Assembly (NCBI GenBank): GCA_900088475.1
Contig: FLMG01000941.1
Span: forward strand, 186,001 to 250,000
Reading direction: 5' to 3'
DNA from: Hyphochytrium catenoides
Taxonomy: Eukaryota; Protista; Hyphochytriomycota
DNA length: 64,000 bases
The translations under genes and the position numbers were made by a program. How positions within the stretch are numbered: the first letter of the stretch is position 1; each line of letters opens with the position of its first letter. Under the pieces are notes generated by a model. The model worked only from the letters and a program-made list of their open reading frames with translations. It searched no databases and was not told where the DNA came from. This document shows positions 12,913-23,400 of the stretch, one piece after another.

Positions 12913-13938
12913 TCAAGGTAGACAGAGAAGTGGCAGACCAGCTGCGAAAACAGAGTTAGGAGAAGCGATGCCCAGACTAAACATCTGCTGGGCATTCGAA
13001 ATAAAAGCCTTAATCTGGGTCATAAGGCAGAACACGTCAAACTGGAAGTCCACAGACCGAATCTTCGTAGAGTCATCTTTGAAGCTAGTGAAAAGCATCC
13101 CGGTGGTGAGAATGAAAGTGGAACCATTGTTGTACATCGTCTTCGCTAGCAGAGACCATTTGCATGCAACGCCGCTTGTCGAGGAGAGTACCTCATCAAC
13201 GCGAAACTCGACGTCCACTTCGTAGCCACAAGATACGGTAAGCTGGCCAGCGAGACCGCAGAAGAGCTGCGTGTCGTCGATCAGTCCTTGAATACCCTCA
13301 ACAGATATTCTCCCAGGACCGCAGGATTTGCTGCCTTTCCCCGGAACTTGTCCGAAGGTAGAGACAGGAGAAGTGACGACAATGTTGCTTTCGACAACCT
13401 CTGCCCATTGAGCAGGGTCGGCTTCAGAAGAGCACCGGAGGGTAAGAAACATCTCAACCGCTTGGCGACGGAGGATTTCTGTCTCTGATGTGATGCCGGA
13501 CTTGCTGCTCTTCTCAAACAGCTCAAGCTTTCTTCTGAGGTCTTCAATGTAGGCTTTCTTCTTCAAACGCGTGCGGCGTGCATGCTCTCGGTTTCTGTCT
13601 CTGCTGATCTTCAGCCTCTCATCTGGGGTAAGCTTTCTGCGTGGGCGACGTACACCAGTGCGCTTTGCTGACTTCGCATCTTTCTTCGAGCCGGAGTCAG
13701 CCTTGCCATCGCTCGCAGCAGACTTGGATGAGTGCTTGGCAGTAGTCGATCCAGTAACTGATGCTGTGCTTCTGGTGGCATCCTCATCAGAGGAGGAAGT
13801 GCTGTCGGGAGTTAACTCGGGATCAAATAGCTTCATGAGGTCTGCAGAATCAATAAAATTATCCGCAGAAAACATAACTTCCTGCTCCCACAGGAAAGGA
13901 GATTCGGACTGTGTAGATGGGTTGGACTTCGCAGACAT
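12913..13938 (-). CDS. bZIP transcription factor with uncharacterised C-terminal domain
   Basis: ERLKISRDRNREHARRTRLKKKAYIEDLRRKL basic region and short zipper. ATG at 13938; single coding exon. Confidence 0.9.
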   Translation of the reverse strand: MSAKSNPSTQSESPFLWEQEVMFSADNFIDSADLMKLFDPELTPDSTSSSDEDATRSTASVTGSTTAKHSSKSAASDGKADSGSKKDAKSAKRTGVRRPRRKLTPDERLKISRDRNREHARRTRLKKKAYIEDLRRKLELFEKSSKSGITSETEILRRQAVEMFLTLRCSSEADPAQWAEVVESNIVVTSPVSTFGQVPGKGSKSCGPGRISVEGIQGLIDDTQLFCGLAGQLTVSCGYEVDVEFRVDEVLSSTSGVACKWSLLAKTMYNNGSTFILTTGMLFTSFKDDSTKIRSVDFQFDVFCLMTQIKAFISNAQQMFSLGIASPNSVFAAGLPLLCLP

Positions 13939-14224
13939 GGCGGCAGAAGTCACAAGCAATCTGTTCCTGAAATTAAGGCAGGAGCACAGACAGTCAGCAT
14001 ATCATAGCGGAACCCTAGTGACTTCCTCTTTGACTCCAACTTACCAGTTCCCGGTTCTGCTTGAACTCTTAATGTATCATCTAAGCACCAAGCTCCCCAG
14101 CTCAGTGCTAAAACGAACAATCTCGTACTAGCGCTGCTTAAAGGAAACGCTGTAGCGGGCGGCGCAAAGGCCGTCTACGAGGATAGCAAGAAGTGAAATG
14201 AGGAGAGAGGAGGACGCATGCTCT

Positions 14225-14332
14225 TCTAGCTTCTCTTTCCTCCCTTCATTCTCTTCTCTCTCTCTCTCTCGCTCTCTCCTTCTCTCTCTCTCTCTCTCTC
14301 TCCTTTTCTCTCTCTTTCTCTCTCTCTTTCTC
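14225..14332. repeat. (CT)n microsatellite
   Basis: Read directly. Confidence 0.9.
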
Positions 14333-16580
14333 CAACCCGTCTCGCGGCTGTGCGGAGCGACAGGCCCAAGTCTGAGGAAACAACCGGACCACCCAGAGCT
14401 TGAGAAGAAGTCTCCCGCTCTTTCTTCTTCTCTAATCTCCTTGTCTAGCTGTCCGGCCCACCCACACACCCGCATCTCTTTCTTTCTTGCGCCAAGGGAC
14501 CCTCTCCTCTCGCATTCTTCGCTTTCTTCTCTTTCCTTCCTAGTGTTTCTTTCACTCTGTTTCGATTCTGACCTCTCTTAGGACTAGCTTCTCAGCATCT
14601 CTTCACACACTCAGAATGTTTGCCTGCACAGTTCCCCTTAACATGTCGTTATTCGTCGTGCTCTCATTGCATCAGCTAATAAACTCAAGTCTATCTCTCG
14701 GGTCTCACCCACTATCACTTGTCAAAAGTATACAACGTTTTAGTGTGATTGGAATCTCACACACCTCTATTTGCTGTGATCTTTCTCCTCTATGTAGGCC
14801 AAATACAACCTTTCTTGACCGTTCTGTGTCGCACGAAAGTGTGGGACTGGCCCCTAAAACATGTTGGTCTTCAATGGGTGGAGAGGAAAAGGAAGTGGTA
14901 AGAGAGGAAAGGAGAGGAGAGACTGAACGGCTCTTGTTTCCCTCGCAAAAGAGAAATTTAGATTATCGCCATTCAGATAACAGTCTATTAGGTAAATAGC
15001 ATAATGGATCTAGAATAAACCCTAGTGGGGTTTGGGCCTTGTAGAGTTTGTATGCCCTTTGTACTTATCGTTTCACTGTGGCTGTTATACTCTGTCTCGA
15101 CGATCAGTTACCACCCATCCCGTATCCTCTCTCTCCTACCTTTCTTCTCCTCAGAAAATGGAGGGATGAAGAGCGCCCATTTATCTCATTCTTTCTCTTT
15201 CCTTTTGGTCTGTCTTCCCAGTCAGTAGTTCCATCTATTGTACTGTCATGCAGTAGGGAACTCTTCACTCTGTCTCTTCTTATTCCAACATTCCTCCATT
15301 TCAGTATCTTTTTCCGCAGACCACCCATCCCTTGAGCTTCACTCCTTCTTTCAGAGAACAACAATGTCACTTCCTAACCCCAACCACCTTCCAACCTTCG
15401 AGAACCAGCCAATCGAAGGAGCGACAGGCGCCTGTCTACCGAACTTTGTTCACTTCGCTCTGTATCCTCCTGTAGAGCTGGCCCAGAGCAAATGAGACAG
15501 AGCCGAGGGATACAGTGAAAGGTTTCAATAAGAACATTTGAACAAATTGAAACGCAAACCTAGAAAAGTAGAAAGACGGAGGAAATTTATACGAACAATT
15601 TCTTTCTTTCTTTAATGGTTTCACTTACGCCAGAGATCTGTTGAAGTACAGCGAGCTTTTTTACTCAAACGATTCCACATCCCATCCACCTGCAACGCAC
15701 AAATTCTCCATATTATCACCCCTGTCCCACCCAGCCGCTGAGCTGGTGAGGGGTCTGGTTGTGCTCACACTGCAGCTGTCGTGCTTCTCTTCCTTCATCA
15801 CAGGTCTAATAATAATAGGGAGCACACAACTTCGTCTTCAGTTCTACCTGATAATTCCCTAGCAAAACACGTGAGTGGTTAGTGAATCTCTCTTTTCACT
15901 TCTTCCAATCCAGAATACCAGTAGAATGGACACTTGACACCTCATGATTAGTTTTAGCAAGTCCGTAGTTTTTCCAAGTATGACTCAGAAATGGTTACTT
16001 ACTTGTAAGTGTTCCGGGTATTCTGATTTCCATTCAAAACGATCGATAAACAACGGTTACTGAGTCTGTGATATATCTGATAACTACTCTGCATACCTGG
16101 CTGGCCCTGTGGCTGGTGGTTGGATGAGAGAGACAGAACACTCATCATCCGCGTTTGTTGACGTCTTCATCATCATACGAACTCTTCAAAAGCTGGCAAG
16201 CTCTAGAACTACCCTTCTACCCTTTGCCAACCGCCTTCACGCCGCTTGGTCATCCACGCCTATCGCTCTCGTCTCGCTTCGCTCGGTGGGGCGGCTCTAC
16301 AACGAAAGTTGGCTGGTTCTACTGGCGCGCATCTCGTCCTGGGAACCTCCAGCCATCTTGCATTATTTCGGTCCCTAGCCAGCAGCGGGACGTGGTCCGG
16401 CTGGAGTTTAGGTGTGGCCGTTGTGTTGGCAGTTGCCATTCAGCAGCGACGGGCAATCCACCAGCAGCACCCTGAGTGGCGTTGTGGGGAGGACAAAGGG
16501 GAGCCCTCGGTTGAAGCAGGAAGTACAGAAGGTTCTTTCTGAGGGGTGGCCTATAAACGATGCCCCCGCAGACAGGAGAG

Positions 16581-18040
16581 ATGCCCGGAGAGGGTGTTCA
16601 AGTACTGGGAGGGACGCAGAACCTGGAGTGGGCCACAGGTTATTGCACGTTCTGTCTTATTGCTAGATGAGATGAGTTAGCTGACGGAGCCACTTCTCTT
16701 GTCTCTCGTCTGCCATAGATAAGAGTAGTTTTGGCTACAAAATGCTGACGAAGATGGGATGGACCTCAGGAAAGGGTTTAGGAAAGAATGAAGATGGTAT
16801 GAACACGCACGTCAAGGCGACCAAGAGAGCGGAACAGCTTGGGCTCGGCTATGAGGTAAGTGGAGCATGTGGTGGCGAATTGGAGGAGGAGTAATAGGCA
16901 AAAGGGACGAGCAGCAATATCTCTGTGGATATAAGAGAGGGAGAGCTTCTGGTGCTTCAGCAGAGACAGTATTATGCAGTCAACGTAGTTCCCTCAGAGA
17001 AAGAGAATGTAGCACAAAGATTATCCATCTTTCTCTCTCCTCATACAGTGCTTATTGTACAGGTTGATAAGGTTGGACATGGCGCATGGGAAGGCACGTC
17101 AAAGTCCTTTGGTGATATTCTGCAGTCTTTGAATCAGGCTTATGGCACAGAGAAGTCAGGTCTGTCCCTATCATTGGTTTCCTCCTTGTAACCAAAGCTT
17201 TAGTGGCTAATGGCGGCTATATGAACAGAAAAGAAAGAGAAGAAGAAGCTCAAGAAGGAGAAGAAGGCCAAAAAAGAGAAGAAGGAGAAGAAGAAGAAAG
17301 ATCGTAAGAAAACGAGGGAGGAAGAGGACAAAGGAGCCCCTTCTTTAAGTGGGAGAAGACTACAGTACGTATTGCTTAGCTCTTTTAAGCCCCTCCTTCA
17401 AGTTCTCTCGCTCTTGAAGCTGCCTGAGGAACTCTTTCCCTATCCAAGGGACTGTTCAAAAGAGTTGAATGTAGTCTGTCTTTACTGGCTCTTCGCTTTC
17501 AGTATTAAGTGCTTTTCGCGGCTACTCACTCCTTTAGATATTCTGCCCTCTTTTCCGCTTCGTATGCCTGCTTTGGCTCCTTGAAGGTCTTTCGACTTCT
17601 TCTCTCATGCGCTTCGTACCATGACTGGCTTTGCTTTTCTTCCTCCCCCATCCCCCCTTTCTCTTCGTGAGCGAAGTTATCACAGGTTCATCCGAAACAA
17701 GAACGTCAAGAGCTATAACAGCCAAGACCTAGCGGCCATATTGGGTGGAGCGATAAGCACGACTCCAACAGATCCGCCTTCGCACAAGAGAAAGCGCTCA
17801 GTGGACAGCAACCTGGACTCTTCGTCGGCCGAAGAAAGAGAAGCTAAGGGAGACGAAGAGCAGACTATCGTGAGACATAAGAAGGCGAAGGCTGACAAGA
17901 AGAGTAGACGGAAAGAGCTTGAGATCTCGGCTCCAACATCACACAAGAGAAAGCGCTCAGAAGATAGCAATCTAGACTCTTCGTCAGAGGATGACGAAGG
18001 TTCATCCGCCACTAGGCACAAGAAGAGCAAATCTTCGTAA
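16581..18040 (+). CDS. PINX1: G-patch protein PinX1/Gno1/Pxr1-like
   Basis: Spliced: NLEWAT-DKSSFGYKMLTKMGWTSGKGLGKNEDG...GLG, then FGDILQSLN, a KKE-rich exon and YHRFIRNKNV. Stop at 18040. Confidence 0.85.
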
Positions 18041-19264
18041 ATGTCTTGATGTGGCGACCTGTTCAACCGGTATTATCATGGGTTCATTGTTGCCTGTGCT
18101 TCTCTCAGGCAAGATTGGCTTCGACGCTTAAGGCCGCGATGCTGCTGCCCTCGTCATAGTGAGCGTGAGGAATGCACGAAGGACACAGCTCGGAAAGAGT
18201 GCTGTTAACCCTTTACTTCGCCGCGTTTGTCCTGGGTGGGCATCTTTGTACTAGTAGCAGCTGTAGTGAGATGGAGGTAGAATTTCATTTTGTACACTAG
18301 AGAATCTAATGATAAAGTTCTTCGTGCCTTTCCCTCTTCCCTAGATGTGTCTCACGCGCAACTGCCCGTTCGCAGTTGCATGTTAGCAAACTATCTCAGC
18401 CAGTTCGGATCCGATGCTCCAAAGTTTAGCACCGCTCATCAGCTGTCCATAGATCCACGCTCAACTTTAGTGACAGTCTAGGGTCACGCCAAGGATCAGT
18501 AGTCGTTGGTGTCACTTTATTCGGAGTGCTAAAGAGTCACAATAACCTTCTTGTCATGGTCGAGAAGTGCTCTCTAGAGGTTGCCACTCATGAGACAATG
18601 GAGCACGATATGTAGCAAGTCAGGCATCTTTCATCTATCTCATAAAGTGCTAAGAGCACAAGCTCGGCTGCTCAAATGGTATAGGTTGCAGCAGAAGCGT
18701 CAAACAAACAGCTATCAGTCTAATGCTAAGCTATCCATTTGCAGCAGCACCATGTGGCGCAAAATGAACGCTAGGCTGATGTTAGCCCACAAGTTCCCAC
18801 TTGTTCTTGAGTCCACCATCAGGATCCCATCATAGACCTATGTAGTCATCCTCTTCAGGTGCTGGCTTGCTGGCAGGCAAGGTGTTTGTCTGACCTCATC
18901 TACTCTTCGATTCAGGGCATTCTAACTGACGCTAGGCACACTCTTGCAGGAGGAGGACAGAGTGAGACATCTCCACTCCTTCTTTGGCTTGGGCCAGCTT
19001 CTTGAAGCGGCTTCTATGCCATCAATGCTATCATTCAATAGCCTCTCACTCCTTGAATATCATGCACCATTGCCGGTGTGCCATCCATCTTCTTCGCAGT
19101 AACGTGCCATGAGAGAGGGAGATAGCTTGATAATGACGAGCGGCTCTGCCGTCAATGGAACGCTGAGACGATGGTTCATGACTATCGAACGGTCAGCTAA
19201 GAGATGAAGACCGTTGTTATCGCATTCAACAGTGTTGCTAGAGGGGAGGCGTTCTTTAGGATAG

Positions 19265-19939
19265 GAAAGAGAGAGAGAGAGAGAGAGAAAGTTTCAGGAC
19301 AGGACACAGATGGATCAGAGAGAGAATAGGTATGAGAAAGAGGAGAGAGCTTGAAGAGAGCAGAAGCAGAGAGAGAGAATTGGTGAATATGGTGAAGAGA
19401 GAGAGAGAGAGAATAGAGAGAGAGAGGAGAGAGAGAGAGAGAGGAGAGAGAGGAGAGAGAGAGAGAAAAAGAAAGAGAGATAGAAAGAGAGAGAGAGTGA
19501 GAGGGAGAGAGAGAATGAGAGGGAGAGAAAGAGTGGGAGAGAGAGTGAGAGAGAGAGAGAGAGGGGGAGAGAGAGAGAGAAAAAGAGAGAGAGAGAGAGA
19601 AAGAGAGGAAAAATTTTCTCATCAAAGAACCTTTTCATAACTAATCGTCAATACCCACCCGCCGGTATCAGGCTCCTAAACATAACATGGGGGGTAATCA
19701 TGTAGAACGCCCACCCATCCTCGAATAAACCACTGTGCTAGCCGTTAGCTGCTATACTCCACCCCTCTCATGGGTTCTTTTTGTCACGATAACTCTCCAT
19801 CTCTCTCTTTCTCTCTCTCCCTCTCTCTCTNNNNNNNNNNNNNNNNNNNNNNNNNNNNNNNNNNNNNNNNTCTCTCTCTCTTTAGTTCTATTTCTCTCTT
19901 CCTCTCATCCTCTCTTCCCCGCTCTCTTTCCCTCTCTTC

Positions 19940-19972
<33 letters not shown>

Positions 19973-19985
19973 CCTCTCTCTCTCT
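19265..19985. repeat. (GA)n tract, about 170-bp unique island, then (CT)n tract (partly N-masked)
   Basis: Read directly. Confidence 0.9.
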
Positions 19986-20493
19986 GCTGTAGCTCTCCTC
20001 CTGCATTCTGGTTCTGCTGCTCTGTCTCTTGACATCTTATGCCCTCCTTCCCCTTTGCTTCATTCCTTCTGTCTGTAGAACGTACGGAGAGAGGCACAGC
20101 GTTTTTGCTGTGGCACAACAGCGAGGAGGAACTGCTTGTCATGCTGTTGCCAGGAACGGCAACACTGACAGCGATCATAGGAGAGAAGGCGCTGGCAAGG
20201 AGAAGAAGAGGACGGCAGGAGAGACCGCAGCCCAGCCTAGCTAGTGCAGGAGAGAGAGGGAAGAGGAGATAGAGAGCGCACAGTATCAGACGTTACGGAT
20301 CGCCGCCTTCAGGGCCAGCCGAATGACTTCACCTCTGCCGAAGAGAGACTCTCAAAACCTCTAGGAAGTCTCTCTCCATCGAGCTCGTCTAGTGATTACT
20401 TCTAGGGAGATTAGAGGAAGAGAGGGGAGCCGAAAGAGAGAGAGAAGAAGAGAGCCTATCTCTGCTCCTTCATCTCCTCCTTCACTCCTAACC

Positions 20494-23400
20494 ATGGCGT
20501 CGGGGTCAGAGCCTCCACCGCCTTCTCCTCCTGTCTTCGTTCACGGCCATTCCTATGATCCCAAACTGCACAGTGGCGCTCCTCTCCTGTATCACGCGCC
20601 TTCAGAGGGAGCCGTCCCTCGCCCACGGCATCAGACGATGGCGCTAGACGGGCCTGTGGAAGAAGAGACTCAGTTGCAGACAGTGCTCTTCCAGGTGCAG
20701 ACGGCGCTAAAGACAGATCTAGGACTGATCGAGAAGCTGATACCTTTGCAGAAAGACAACCCAAGCCCTGAAAAAGTTTTGATCTTTCACTCTCCGGACT
20801 ACCATGAGCGCTCTAGACTGCTAATTATTATGTCCAATCAGTATCCAGGCATCTGGAGCCGCAGTCTCATCTCTAAGGGCGTCAATGACAGCGGGTCTAT
20901 GATGCCTTACCTTAAAAAAGCGAGGAGAGAAGGCTATGGAGTCATTGTTCTCAATCCAGCAGGAGCGGCAGACGCTGCCCGCCTCTTCGGTGTGCAGTTC
21001 AAGGGCAAAACAGCAGCGGATGTCCATGTAGAGATTGTATGGGACGAGCTAGTGAAGCCTCTCGCTTGTGATCTGTACGTGTTGGGCTATGCAAGGGGAG
21101 GCCAGTACGTCAAGCATCTGGTGCAGTATGATGGGGGAGAAGGGGCATTGGAAGACAGACTGAGGGCCATCGCTCTTATAGAAAGCAGTCACATGATGAC
21201 CAAGCAGGATTCAGACTTCGTCCGGTCCGTCTTCTCATCCAAGGCCACGGCGTGGATGAAGGATGATCACGAGATAGGGTCATTAATCTCAGATAAGTAT
21301 CGCCTGGGCTGCACATGTTTGTCATCAGGACCAGTTCAAGCCTTCAAGGACAGCAAGAACTCTGCCTGGATTATCAACCAGGTAGGAAAACTCTGCCAAG
21401 GAGGAGTATGGCTCGTCCCGGTAGCGGAGCAACGCCCTAACTCCTGTGAAGCTTGATCGTCTTCTCTTTCTTCTTCTACTGCTTATTTGACTTTGCGTTC
21501 TCTCTCTCCTTCGGCGGCATGAGCAGGTTCTTGTTCAGGTCTTTCTCTCCTTCGAAGCGAGATTTGATGGCGAGCGCAACTCTTCATCATCCAGCTCGCA
21601 GCGATCGTCCAAGCCCGAGAACACTGAGAGTATCGAGCGGCTCGTGGGAAAGGTAACGCTGCGCTCTTGCGCTTGCATGATGTCTGCAAATTGCTATCTT
21701 TTGACTTTTCAATGTTCAACCTCGTACATGCACCCCTTAGTAGCCCTTCCACTTATTGTTTCAGAGCTGCGCTCTCAACCTCGTCCTCACAACGCCTGGG
21801 ATGTGCCACTCATCTTGTTTTGACACAGATCAAGCGCCGTCTGGTGCATGACTATAGTTTCCGGAAGTACCAAGTCCCTCTGGCGCGAGATGGCACAGGC
21901 GCTCTACAGCAGGTTCCTCTGCTAGTCACCTCCAATTATAAAACAAGCAAGAAGATCCTTGTTATCTTCTCCAGCAGCTTCATGGGCGTCTGGAGTCGCT
22001 CCGCACTTTTGGAGGGAGATGAAGGAGCAGGCAGCATGCTGCAGTTCATCCAGGAGGCTTCCTCTCTCTCCTTCGCCATCATTATCGCCAACTTCTACGA
22101 AGTGGTGGACGTGGCGCGGCTAAGTGGCTCGATGAGCTGTGCCACGGCTATCGACAACCACATCAAGATCATCTGGGAAGACTTCGTGAGCCAGAACCCC
22201 TCCGCAGACCTTTTCTTCTTTGGCTTCTCGAAGGGCGGACAGTATTTGAAACGATTTATCGAGGTAAGGGCAAAAGATGTACTGAAGCAAGGGGTTGGGG
22301 GCTCCTTCGACGAACTTTTCGTTTTCGAAGTTAACAGCAGAACCTGCCGTGTGCCACTCTACGTTCTGATCACCTTGGTAGGTCTACGACCGCAGTGAAG
22401 AGTTAAACCAGCGCGTGCGGGCAATCGCCTTCCTAGAAAGTAGTCACTGGGTGGACTTCAAGGATACATACTATGTCAGGCATATGCTTGCCAGAAAGGC
22501 GGTGGCATGGGTTCTATCAAGGTATGTGGCTGGTGCCTCCTGCCTAGTCTCTGCTTCGGCTGGTCAGCACATTGCTCGAGGCCCTGTGCTTGCTTCTGTA
22601 GCCTCTTAAGCTTAGATCGTCAGCTAACAGCGGTCACACTTTACTTCTCATTCCTCCCACAGAAAACCCCCTGCCACAAAGCTTACCGACTACCAGCGCA
22701 CCCTGGGATGTGTTACTCTTTCTGCGGGTGAGCTTTCGAACATCAGTGGGAACTACGTCTACCTGATGCAGAGCGTCCTCCCCATGCTCTTTGGAGCATT
22801 TCTCGCTAGGCTCGGGCCGTCTGTAGCTTCACAGCTGGCTAAGGTGAGCAGGACATTGAGGAGGAGAGGTTAACGAGGGATGTATCTAGATAGTTCAAAG
22901 GAAAGGCATGTGGTAGGGACTAGATAGCTTCGGATCTTCGTCAAAGTATTACCGCTTATCTATGCCTACTTAGTTCTTCATATTTGTGTTGCTGGCTATC
23001 TATGTTCGTGCCGCTTGCCGCCTTGACCTCGCGTTCTCAGATCTGCAGGCGCCGTTTCAACCTCAAACTAAAGTTTCGCGGCTCTGTTCATCGCTGACTC
23101 CGCTCTTTCTAAATGTCTCTTCGCCGTCTTCAAACCTTGCTGCTCGATACTATTCTTTTTCCCGGCGTCCCCTTAGAAGCAGGCAGGGCGCTGCGCAATT
23201 TGTTGCAAACCCTTCAAGCTGTTCACCTCAAAACAGCGATGCAGCTGGTGCAGGAATGTCTGCTGTGCATATGAAAATATGGAGGTCATGGAGGTGAAGC
23301 ACTCAAAAGTGAAGCTCTGTCCCGTCTGCAAGGTTCTTCCTCTCCTCATGAGCGAGGGAGAGTCGTCGTTGGCTGCCTCTTTAGGTCTAGGGGGAGGAGG

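Noticed and set aside
12913-13938. Aureochrome call for the bZIP
   Set aside because: The basic region is similar, but no LOV domain motif is present.
18100-19200. Exon-like segments with splice signals downstream of PINX1
   Set aside because: No coherent reading frame or recognisable protein could be assembled.
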